64,000 bases of DNA, from assembly GCA_023131895.1 (NCBI GenBank), contig JAGLYZ010000004.1:29895-93894 (forward strand), given 5' to 3'. Source of the stretch: Candidatus Parcubacteria bacterium. Its GTDB lineage: Bacteria; Patescibacteriota; Minisyncoccia; Minisyncoccales; JAGMDC01. Below are positions 53,880 through 63,729 of this stretch, in pieces. The notes under the pieces were generated by a model. The model saw nothing but the letters and a program-made list of their open reading frames with translations, was not told where the DNA came from and ran no database searches. The first letter of the stretch is position 1. The number at the start of each line of letters is the position of its first letter. The position numbers and the translations under genes are program-made.

Positions 53880-54110
53880 ATGATATGGAGAGAGGTTACA
53901 AAAGAGGAATATGAAGAAGCATTTCAGCGAATATATCAGGACGTCAGAGATTTAATAGAGAAGATAGAGCACGATCCTGATTTAGATTACGAGAAAGGAT
54001 TTATTGAGTGGAAACAAGAAATCATAAGATATCAGATACTTCATCCATTAGCGAAGATTGAGGATGTGCTGAATACTGAAATTGAAAAATTAAGAAAGAA
54101 AAAAATTTAG
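53880..54110 (+). CDS. Hypothetical 76-aa acidic protein
   Basis: ORF preceded by a strong Shine-Dalgarno sequence (TAGGAGGT, 6 nt before the ATG). Confidence 0.4.
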   Translation: MIWREVTKEEYEEAFQRIYQDVRDLIEKIEHDPDLDYEKGFIEWKQEIIRYQILHPLAKIEDVLNTEIEKLRKKKI

Positions 54111-54129
54111 GAGGCAAAGTAGAGAAAAA

Positions 54130-54342
54130 ATGGAAATAAAAGAACCATTAAAAGCTGGGTTGATAGGAGTGATAATAGGAGCTGCATTGAGCGGAATGAT
54201 AAATTATTTCGTGATTGGCATGCCAGTGAACCTTTTAGCCACAGGAGTTAACAATGGAATTTCCGGTCTTATCTCTGGCTTTATGGGAGGTTTCATGGGG
54301 GTGATATTTTTTATTAAAAAACTAAATAATACAAATCAGTGA
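54130..54342 (+). CDS. Hypothetical Gly-rich two-TM membrane protein
   Basis: ORF preceded by AGGAGG. Two Gly-rich hydrophobic helices. Confidence 0.4.
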   Translation: MEIKEPLKAGLIGVIIGAALSGMINYFVIGMPVNLLATGVNNGISGLISGFMGGFMGVIFFIKKLNNTNQ

Positions 54343-54415
54343 AATTGAATACACAAACCCAATTTTTTTGATATTCCTACAAAGGAAAATAAACATTTCT
54401 ATGTAGGGATTTTTT

Positions 54416-55042
54416 TTATTCTTCTTTCAAAAAATCTAAATTTTTTGGCATTTTCTTTAAAGGTTTTTCAAAGCGCAGTTTTGGGACTTTTTTATAGTTT
54501 TTGTTTTTTATCCAGCCGGTTTTAGTATAAAAATAACCGGCGCCTCCCATTTTTCCTAATTCATCATAAATATTTTTATTTTTTATAGAAACCCAATTCG
54601 CGATTTTCAACTCTTTTTTTAATGGGTTGATAGTTATGGCAGCATATTTTGGCGGAAAAATTACGCATTCTCCTTTTTTTGCTTCAACAACAACAATGTC
54701 TTCAATAATCTTTCCTTTTGTTTTTTGCATTAAAAAAATTGCTTTTCCATCAAGTACAATATATAACTCTTGGAAATTTTTTGAGTTCATATTGCCTTTA
54801 GTCCTTACAAACTCTTTGCCCAGCATTCTTGCAGGAATAATCGTAATATCATATCTTAACCCTGTTAAATGCCGCTTTGCGGCACCCCGCCTTTTATGTA
54901 AAGGCTGGGTATTTAACAGGGTAAATTCTCCTTTATGTTTTATACCGCGATGCATATAATAAAGCTCAAGATTTGGTGCTGTTTTTACCCATTTCTGGTC
55001 ATAAAGAACTTTTTTCATGTCATTTAAATATCTTATTTCCAT
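54416..55042 (-). CDS. Cupin-type glucose-6-phosphate isomerase-like protein (metal ligands substituted), with in-frame palindromic element
   Basis: LGKEFVRTKGNMNSKNFQELYIVLDGKAIFLMQ and VIFPPKYAAITIN align by eye with the archaeal cupin PGI blocks GKEFFFTKGHFH...EVY and PPYWAHRTVN. Confidence 0.65.
   Translation of the reverse strand: MEIRYLNDMKKVLYDQKWVKTAPNLELYYMHRGIKHKGEFTLLNTQPLHKRRGAAKRHLTGLRYDITIIPARMLGKEFVRTKGNMNSKNFQELYIVLDGKAIFLMQKTKGKIIEDIVVVEAKKGECVIFPPKYAAITINPLKKELKIANWVSIKNKNIYDELGKMGGAGYFYTKTGWIKNKNYKKVPKLRFEKPLKKMPKNLDFLKEE
54857..54925. repeat. Palindromic element PE copy 7 (in-frame in the cupin gene, in a different reading frame of the arms)
   Basis: AACCCTGTTAAAT-GCCGC-TTT-GCGGC-A-CCCGCCTTT-TATGT-AAAGGCTGGG-T-ATTTAACAGGGTAAA. 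Read on the minus strand as TLLNTQPLHKRRGAAKRHLTGL. Confidence 0.85.
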
Positions 55043-57054
55043 GTTTTTTTTGTCTTAATATACCAGTTTTCAACTTCATTAAATCTTTTTGATGGTTCGG
55101 CAATTATGCCTTGCTCAACCCCTTTTATTTCTTTAGAAATAAAATAAAGATAATTCGGGCTGTATAAGAAAACGCATGGAGCGTCGCTGATTAAAATTTC
55201 CTGAAATTTTTCTAACTTTTCTTTTCTTAATTCAAAATCTTGAGTTTGTCTCGCATCTTCTAATAACTTGTCTGTTTTTTTGTTTTCATACATAGCTAAA
55301 TTTAATCCAGGATGTATTTTTTGCAAAGAATGCCAGAAAGGATAAGGGTCAGGAATAATAGCCAATACTTCTCCAAAGAGCAAGGAATCATATTTTCTTG
55401 GTTTTATAAAATTATTTTGAATATCAGAAATAGAATGGCTTTGAATTTCAAGCTCTACTCCGATTTCTCTCCACTGTTCTTTTAATAATTCAGCCACTTT
55501 TTTAAAAACAGGGTTTTCAACTATTGATAAGGAAAATTTTAATTGTATATTTTTATAAGGGTCTCCAAAACAAAGCTCATTAAGCTTGTCTCTTGTTGTT
55601 TTCCCGACTGTTCCAGTCCCTTTAGCATATCCCCAAGGATCAAGGATTTCTTCTTTATATTTTTCTTGAAATCTGATTACTGCCGCTTTTGTTTTTGAAC
55701 CGAAATAACCAGTTATTTTTCCTTCTGGATATATTTCCGGTCCTACAATATCGGGATCAGCCAGGCATTTCTGGAGCTCTTCTACTTCTTTTCCTTTTGA
55801 GCCAGTTGTTAATCTGCTTTTAAATGTGAAAGCCAGTTCTTTTTTAACAGTTTTTTCTCTTAATCCGCTTTCTGTTTCTTTAAAGCTGTTTTTATCTAAT
55901 ATTTCCTTTGCTTTTTCCAAATCATACTCGTATATTTCAGCAGGTAATTCATAATTAAAAATTTCAGAGAGAATAGGCGATGATATTACCTGTCCTTGTC
56001 CCAATAAAGCTTTTTCAATGATTTCTTGCTTATTAGTTCCGTAATTCAGCGCTTTTCTTATATCTTTATCATCTAATATGTCTGATTCATTAGGATTGAA
56101 GAACACAGCAAAATATCTTGGCAGAACAAAGTTGTATTCAGAAAAAGAGCCCTCAAAAAGATTTTTATTTTCAAAAGAAGCTAAAGAAAATCCTTTGATT
56201 TTATTCTGTTTGGCAGCTTTGATAAGCGCTTCTTCGTTCTCAAAGAAATAAAAAATAATTTTAGAAATATAAGGTTTGTTATCAAAATAATCAGGATCTC
56301 TTTCCAATGTTAATGACTTTACAATACTTAGCTTTTTATACGGGTCTATTTCTTTTTGATCCAGCTTTTTTAGTTCATAAGGACCGCAGCTTATTGGATG
56401 AAGATTGTAATAAGTTTGTGAGAAATTTTCAGGAGAAATATCCTGCCAGATATGCGCAGGCAGAATTTTTAAAGTTAACCGTTCTAAAAAGCCGCTGTAT
56501 GGCTTGTTAAGTTTAAATTTAATGGCATTATCTGATATTTTTTCTACTTCTACGCCCAACCAGTTAGTCCGGAGATCGCTTTTGTAATCAGAGTTTTGAA
56601 TTGTTTTGATAGTAAAGACAATATCATCAGCAGAAAATTTTTCTCCATCTGACCAAACAATGTTTTCTTTTAAGTAAAAAATATATGTCCTGCCTTCGTC
56701 TTCTGATTTGTAATCTTTGGCAAAATCTGGAATAATTTCACCTTTATTATTGTATTTCATTAATCCAGAAAACAACAATTCTGTTAAATCCCTGTCCACA
56801 TCATTTGAAGTAGCATAAATAGGATTAATATATCTTGGCTGTCCGACAATTCCTTCAATATAAGTTCCTCCATTTTTAGGAACGATTTCAGTATTTTTGT
56901 AATACGAATTTGTTGCAAGGAATAAAGAAGAGAAAAGGAACAAAACAAAAAAAACAAGAAACCATTTTTTCTCTTTTTTGTTTAAGATTTTAAACAATTG
57001 TTTCCATTGGCCCAATGAAGGCCATTTTTGATTAGAGAGCTTTGGAAAATGCAT
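55033..57054 (-). CDS. ABC transporter substrate-binding protein, family 5 (peptide/nickel type), with embedded peptidoglycan-binding-like module
   Basis: N-terminal TM anchor, SBP_bac_5-like body, and segment GSKGKEVEELQKCL...GYFGSKTKAAVIRFQEKY resembling PG_binding_1. The start is moved to ATG 57054 to avoid overlap with secG. Confidence 0.8.
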   Translation of the reverse strand: MHFPKLSNQKWPSLGQWKQLFKILNKKEKKWFLVFFVLFLFSSLFLATNSYYKNTEIVPKNGGTYIEGIVGQPRYINPIYATSNDVDRDLTELLFSGLMKYNNKGEIIPDFAKDYKSEDEGRTYIFYLKENIVWSDGEKFSADDIVFTIKTIQNSDYKSDLRTNWLGVEVEKISDNAIKFKLNKPYSGFLERLTLKILPAHIWQDISPENFSQTYYNLHPISCGPYELKKLDQKEIDPYKKLSIVKSLTLERDPDYFDNKPYISKIIFYFFENEEALIKAAKQNKIKGFSLASFENKNLFEGSFSEYNFVLPRYFAVFFNPNESDILDDKDIRKALNYGTNKQEIIEKALLGQGQVISSPILSEIFNYELPAEIYEYDLEKAKEILDKNSFKETESGLREKTVKKELAFTFKSRLTTGSKGKEVEELQKCLADPDIVGPEIYPEGKITGYFGSKTKAAVIRFQEKYKEEILDPWGYAKGTGTVGKTTRDKLNELCFGDPYKNIQLKFSLSIVENPVFKKVAELLKEQWREIGVELEIQSHSISDIQNNFIKPRKYDSLLFGEVLAIIPDPYPFWHSLQKIHPGLNLAMYENKKTDKLLEDARQTQDFELRKEKLEKFQEILISDAPCVFLYSPNYLYFISKEIKGVEQGIIAEPSKRFNEVENWYIKTKKTWK

Positions 57055-57056
57055 TA

Positions 57057-57296
57057 TTATTGAAGACCAAGGGTTAAAAGAGATAACCCGATAAAAACTA
57101 TTCCTAAAATGATAGTAGCCCAAAATATTTTTTGCTGTATTCCTCGTCTAGTAGCGTAGAATCCTCCGCCTTCGCCTCCTCCTCCGCCTCCGCCTCCAAA
57201 AGCAGAGCCAAGAGCAGTGCCTCTTTGCTGGAAAAGGATAAGGACAATCAAGAGGACAGCAACAGCGATTTGTATATAAGAAATTAATTCTTGCAT
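57057..57296 (-). CDS. secG: Preprotein translocase subunit SecG
   Basis: 79 aa, two TM helices, LFQQ....LGSAFGGGG motif. Confidence 0.8.
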   Translation of the reverse strand: MQELISYIQIAVAVLLIVLILFQQRGTALGSAFGGGGGGGGEGGGFYATRRGIQQKIFWATIILGIVFIGLSLLTLGLQ

Positions 57297-57301
57297 GTTT
57301 A

Positions 57302-57667
57302 TTATTCTATGATCACTTTCTTTTTAGGAAAGAATTTAGGAATTATAATATTTATTGTCCAGACAATAAGCGTTGTCCAGAAAAGCGGCGCAATGCCTTG
57401 AATATCAATTTCTACAAACAAAACATCTATTACCCAGATAATACCCATATTAATTACCAAGCTAAATAATCCAAGGGTGAGTATCCGCAAAGGCAGAGCA
57501 ATAAGATTTAAAATTGGTTTAATAAAATAATTTATCAGACCTAAGATTAAACCAGCCAAAATAAAAATTTGCCAGGAATCTATAATTTCTACGCCAGAAA
57601 CAAATTGCGCAGCCAGCCAAATTCCTATTATCCCGGCAATAATTTTCAGAACGAGTTCTTTAAACAC
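57302..57667 (-). CDS. Phage holin family 4 / YvlD-like 4-TM membrane protein
   Basis: 121 aa, four TM helices, pattern LINYFIKPIL..IALPLRILTLGLFSLVIN typical of this family. Confidence 0.7.
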   Translation of the reverse strand: MFKELVLKIIAGIIGIWLAAQFVSGVEIIDSWQIFILAGLILGLINYFIKPILNLIALPLRILTLGLFSLVINMGIIWVIDVLFVEIDIQGIAPLFWTTLIVWTINIIIPKFFPKKKVIIE

Positions 57668-57712
57668 TGTAATTATAATATCAGAAAATAATATAAAAGT
57701 AAAGCCTTGTAG

Positions 57713-59119
57713 CTATTCAAGATAATTCTTTTCAAACCACCAGGTTAGGATTTTTTGGACATCATCTTTGAGGTCGTCGGATTTTAAAAGAACAATTATA
57801 ATATTGTGCGAAGTGTTGTCTGGCAATGGCAATTCAAATATAAATATGCCGGTATATTTTGATTCTATAATAAATCCGGTTTTGCCGCCTAAAAAGTCCT
57901 TGCTTTCCGGAAAAATATTTTTGTTATGCAAATCTTCAAAATGAACTGTTCCAAAATCCTCTATTGTTTCTCCTTTGCTGATTTTCAAAAGAGGAGGCCT
58001 GGTATTGAAAATATATTGGCTCAAATAGAAAAGATCTTGTGCAGTAGAAACGTTTTTTTCGCTTAAGCCGCTCGGGTCGTCGTAAAAAGTATTTTTCATG
58101 CCAATCATTTTTGTTTTTTCATTCATTAATCTTATTGTTTTTTCTCTTCCTGAAAAGCGGGTTAAAATTTCAGCAGCGTCATTAGATGATTGAGTTAAAA
58201 GAGGATGAAGGAGTTCAACTAAATTGTATTTTTTTCCAGCTTCTAATCCTGGCGTAGAGCCATATGCTTTTAACATTTCTTTTGTAACCCAGATTGATTT
58301 TCTTAAATCATTATTCTCAATAGCAGCTATGGCAGTCATTAGTTTAGTTAAAGAAGCTATGGGCATTATTTTTTCAGGATTTTTTTCAGCCAAAATATAA
58401 TAATTATCAAGGTCGGCAATTAAATAAGATTCAGCAGATATTTCAGAAATAACGAAGGTCGGGCCTTCGTTGGCTAACGAAGGCCCGACCTTCGTTAGCT
58501 TGTCAATTATTAAAACAGGCATTTCTATCTCTGCAGCATTATAAATGTATTCTGCATCTTCATTAGAGAATCTAACACAACCGCCAGTATAATTGAATTC
58601 AGTTGATTGGCCATTGGAATAATACGGTTCTCCGTGAATATAGTATTTACCGTAAAAATTAATGCTCCATGGCATATAAACATGAGCAATATTGGAAAAA
58701 GCAGTTTTGTGTCCGGAAATCACTTTATAAAGACCCGAAGGAACTCCTCCCCAAAATTCAGGATCTCCTTTGGCTAAAATAGGAAGTTCTTTTTCTAATG
58801 CGCCATTTTTATAAATTTGAGCTTTCATTTCTGAAAGATTAATTTCTAAAAAATCTGTTTTTTTAGAAATAAATTCCTGCCTTTTTTCAAAACCAAAATC
58901 TTTTAATTGTTTTAGTTTTATTTCTTTTTGCTTGAGTCCTTGAAGCGTATCAGCGCTGAGAATAGTCTGATTACTTTTAGTCTCTACAAAAATTTCATTG
59001 CCAGGCATTATAAAAATTAAAAAAGCAAAAAGCCCGATTAAAAGGGCTAAAAAAATAATAGATATGCAGTTTTTTTTCAGTTTAGAACTAATCATCAGTT
59101 TATCCCGCACCTTTTTCAA
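57713..59119 (-). CDS. Fusion of an L,D-transpeptidase (YkuD) domain and a D-alanyl-D-alanine carboxypeptidase (peptidase S11) domain
   Basis: YkuD catalytic block YIHGEP...TGGCVRF. S11 SxxK motif PIASLTKLMT plus SSND (SxN). REP pair in-frame between the domains. Confidence 0.8.
   Translation of the reverse strand: MKKVRDKLMISSKLKKNCISIIFLALLIGLFAFLIFIMPGNEIFVETKSNQTILSADTLQGLKQKEIKLKQLKDFGFEKRQEFISKKTDFLEINLSEMKAQIYKNGALEKELPILAKGDPEFWGGVPSGLYKVISGHKTAFSNIAHVYMPWSINFYGKYYIHGEPYYSNGQSTEFNYTGGCVRFSNEDAEYIYNAAEIEMPVLIIDKLTKVGPSLANEGPTFVISEISAESYLIADLDNYYILAEKNPEKIMPIASLTKLMTAIAAIENNDLRKSIWVTKEMLKAYGSTPGLEAGKKYNLVELLHPLLTQSSNDAAEILTRFSGREKTIRLMNEKTKMIGMKNTFYDDPSGLSEKNVSTAQDLFYLSQYIFNTRPPLLKISKGETIEDFGTVHFEDLHNKNIFPESKDFLGGKTGFIIESKYTGIFIFELPLPDNTSHNIIIVLLKSDDLKDDVQKILTWWFEKNYLE
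58451..58497. repeat. Inverted pair of REP-like hairpins inside a CDS
   Basis: AACGAAGG-TCGGG-CCTTCGTT GGC TAACGAAGG-CCCGA-CCTTCGTTA. Translated (minus strand) within KLTKVGPSLANEGPTFVI. Confidence 0.85.
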
Positions 59120-59135
59120 AGAAAAGGTGCGGGAT

Positions 59136-59594
59136 TTATCCGGCTATTTCTATTGAATCTATGTAATATTTGTCTAATGTTAGAATTTTAGTTATAGTGA
59201 TTATTTCAACTATTTCATAGCCCTCGTTTTCTTCTTGAATTTTTACAGAAGACCTGTAGGCTTTGTCGCTTATTTTTTCAGTTTTTAATATTTCAAAACT
59301 TTTGAAATTATTTATAAGCAGGAATTTTCCCTGGTTTTTTTGCTCAACTGCATTTTCTGTAAGATAAACCATGGCTTGATTTTCATTTTTTTCAATTCTA
59401 TACTGCATAAACTGGTCCACTAAATTTTCTGCCGAGCCTTGTTCTATTGTTTCTTTAAGAGAAGGAATTTCTTTTTCTGATATTTTATGGTACTGCCAGC
59501 TTAGAATTGCAATGCCTGAAAAAGCTACTAAAAAAGCGAAAATTAAAACAAACAAAGAGGAATTTTTTATTTTTTCTAATTTATTGCCTTCCAT
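59136..59594 (-). CDS. Hypothetical membrane-anchored protein
   Basis: N-terminal TM helix; no recognisable motif. Confidence 0.45.
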   Translation of the reverse strand: MEGNKLEKIKNSSLFVLIFAFLVAFSGIAILSWQYHKISEKEIPSLKETIEQGSAENLVDQFMQYRIEKNENQAMVYLTENAVEQKNQGKFLLINNFKSFEILKTEKISDKAYRSSVKIQEENEGYEIVEIITITKILTLDKYYIDSIEIAG

Positions 59595-59674
59595 ATTATA
59601 TTAGAATATCACAATAATTATTTTCTGGCAATGTTGACAAAAATTTTGTTTTGTTTAAGATAGAGAAGTGATTA

Positions 59675-59786
59675 CAACATCTTAACATTTTAACATTCAA
59701 ACATCTTAACATTTCTGATTTTATCTTTTGTTAATATGTTAGCATGTTAGTATGCTTAAATGTTATTATGTTAAAATGATTTTATG
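59675..59786 (+). repeat. Phased 8-nt repeat array ending in the groES start codon (homologous to 3491-3586)
   Basis: AACATNNN x5, conserved core TTCTGATTTTATCTTTTG, then ATGs at 59736, 59744, 59752, 59760, 59768, 59776 and 59784, the last being the groES start. Confidence 0.85.
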
Positions 59787-60077
59787 ACTATCCAGCCATT
59801 AACCGATCATATTCTTATTGAGCCGATGAAAAAGGAAGAAAAAACCAAGGCCGGTATTTTGCTTCCAGAAACAGCAGATAAAGAAAGTCCTGAACAAGGA
59901 AAGGTTATTGCTGTTGGTCCTGGCAAAAAAAACAATTCTGGCAATATAGTTCCCATAACAGGGATTAAGCCAGGAGACAGGGTTTTGTTTACAAAATACG
60001 GACCAAATGAAATAAAAATAGATGACAAAGAATATTTAATCGCTAAAGAAGAAGACATACTTGCAATTTTAGAATAA
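59784..60077 (+). CDS. groES: Co-chaperonin GroES
   Basis: IQPLTDHILIEP, mobile-loop-like TKAGILLPE, GKVIAVGPG, GDRVLFTKY. Confidence 0.95.
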   Translation: MTIQPLTDHILIEPMKKEEKTKAGILLPETADKESPEQGKVIAVGPGKKNNSGNIVPITGIKPGDRVLFTKYGPNEIKIDDKEYLIAKEEDILAILE

Positions 60078-60085
60078 ATTTATAG

Positions 60086-61897
<1,812 letters not shown>

Positions 61898-62050
61898 ATA
61901 ACCTGATTGAGTATTATTAATCCTCAATCAGGAATTTCTAATTTCTAATTTCTAAACAAATCCTCTGGCTTTGCCAAATTTGGCATGGCCAGATAATTTC
62001 TAAACAAATTCTAAAATTCCAAACAAAACCCAAATTACAAAAAAAACTCA

Positions 62051-62075
62051 AAAAACTCGGCATCGCCGAGTTTTT
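62051..62075. terminator. Hairpin with flanking A/T runs (bidirectional terminator-like)
   Basis: AAAAACTCGGC-ATC-GCCGAGTTTTT. Confidence 0.6.
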
Positions 62076-62232
62076 GGGTTATAACACATATACCACGGCC
62101 GTTGTATATGTGTTATGTTTTTAGTAATGTTATTAGCAAGATAACTCGCAGAGCGATTTTTTTTGACAAAAGGGTTAAATTTTAATATAATTAGCTAAGA
62201 AAGGTCGTAATTAACACCTAAAATTTAATACA

Positions 62233-62790
62233 ATGACTACTATTCAAATAATTATTTTAATAGTCGCTGTCGGAATTACTCTTTGGCTGATTATCACTTA
62301 TAATGGTTTGATTAAGTTGAGAACTAGGTCAAAAGAGGCATGGTCAGACATTGATGTTCAGTTAAAAAGAAGATATAATTTAATTCCTAATTTAGTTGAA
62401 ACAGTTAAGGGATATGCAACGCATGAAAGGGAACTTTTTCAAAAGGTTACAGAAGCCAGAACTCAAGCAATGGGCGCTACTGGCATAAAAGAAAAAGGCC
62501 AAGCGGAAAATATGCTTAGCGATACCCTGAAATCACTTTTTGCTGTGGCTGAAAACTATCCGCAATTGCGCGCTTCAGAAAATTTTGTGGAATTACAAAG
62601 AGAACTGCGCGACACTGAAGACAAAATTCAGGCGTCTAGAAGATTTTACAACACCAATGTCCGCGATTTGAATATTAAGATTCAAAGTTTTCCTGTTAAT
62701 CTTATCGCTAAAAAGTTCGGTTTTATCAAAATGGATTTCTTTGAGATAGAGGAAGCTGCTGCTCGCGAACCAGTGAAAGTGAATTTCTAA
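62233..62790 (+). CDS. lemA: LemA family protein
   Basis: N-terminal TM helix, YNGLI.LR, QLKRRYNLIPNLV, AENYPQLRASENF. Confidence 0.9.
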   Translation: MTTIQIIILIVAVGITLWLIITYNGLIKLRTRSKEAWSDIDVQLKRRYNLIPNLVETVKGYATHERELFQKVTEARTQAMGATGIKEKGQAENMLSDTLKSLFAVAENYPQLRASENFVELQRELRDTEDKIQASRRFYNTNVRDLNIKIQSFPVNLIAKKFGFIKMDFFEIEEAAAREPVKVNF

Positions 62791-63692
62791 TGCCAACATT
62801 ATATACTCAAGCCGAATCAAATACTCGGAAAACTTGGCTGTTAATGACAGGATTTTTCATTTTTATCATAGCTGTTGGCTGGTTTTTTAGCTTTTTGCTG
62901 GATACCAGCATCATTTTAATAATCGCTGTTGCTTTAAGCGTCTTAATGAGTTTTGGGTCCTATTGGTATTCTGATAAGCTTGTTTTAAGAATGTGCCGTG
63001 CCAAGCCGATTGAAAAAAGAGATAATCCTGAACTTTTTCGCCTTGTAGAAAATCTTTGCATTACTGCCGGCCTTCCATTGCCTAAAATTTTTATAATTCA
63101 GGAATCCCAGCCAAATGCTTTTGCCACTGGCAGGGATGCTGAACATGCTGTTGTCGCAGTAACTGCAGGACTTTTAGAAAAATTGGAAAGAGCAGAATTA
63201 GAAGGCGTGATTGCGCATGAACTTTCCCATATTGGAAATAAGGATATGCTTTTACAAACAGTGATTGTGGTTTTAGTTGGTGTTGTTGCAATGCTTTCAA
63301 ATATGTTCTTGCGCATTACTTTTTGGGGCGGCGGACGGCGCGATTCCCAAGGTTCTAGCGGCGCAATCCTATTAGTCCTAGGAATTTTAGCAGCGATTTT
63401 AGCGCCTATTGCCGCTTCTTTAATACGGCTGTCAATTTCCAGAAAAAGGGAATTTTTGGCTGATGCCAGCGGCGCTTTGCTCACCCGTTATCCAGAAGGT
63501 TTGGCGCGTGCTTTGGAAAAGATTTCTGCTGACTCAAACCCTATGCGAACAGCTAATAATTCTACTGCTCATCTCTTTATCTCAAATCCTTTTAAGGGAG
63601 AGCAAAGAAAAAGCTGGTTTACTAAATTATTTATGACCCATCCGCCTATGGAGGAACGGATAGCAAACCTCCGCGGAATGAAAATAAAATAA
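62790..63692 (+). CDS. htpX: M48 family zinc metalloprotease HtpX-like
   Basis: HELSHIGNKD (HExxH), four TM helices, REFLADASGA, THPPMEERI. Overlaps the lemA stop by 1 nt. Confidence 0.9.
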   Translation: MPTLYTQAESNTRKTWLLMTGFFIFIIAVGWFFSFLLDTSIILIIAVALSVLMSFGSYWYSDKLVLRMCRAKPIEKRDNPELFRLVENLCITAGLPLPKIFIIQESQPNAFATGRDAEHAVVAVTAGLLEKLERAELEGVIAHELSHIGNKDMLLQTVIVVLVGVVAMLSNMFLRITFWGGGRRDSQGSSGAILLVLGILAAILAPIAASLIRLSISRKREFLADASGALLTRYPEGLARALEKISADSNPMRTANNSTAHLFISNPFKGEQRKSWFTKLFMTHPPMEERIANLRGMKIK

Positions 63693-63729
63693 AGGTCGTT
63701 TGATAATTAAAATTATAAAATTAAGAATT

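Noticed and set aside
57055-57123. Upstream extension of the substrate-binding protein ORF overlapping secG
   Set aside because: It would overlap the 3' end of secG by 67 nt. The internal ATG at 57054 gives a normal N-terminus followed by a TM anchor.
59731-59760. CIRCE (HrcA operator) upstream of groES
   Set aside because: Only a loose TTAGCAT-N6-ATGCTTAA inverted repeat exists. The arms and the 9-nt spacer of the CIRCE consensus TTAGCACTC-N9-GAGTGCTAA are not matched.
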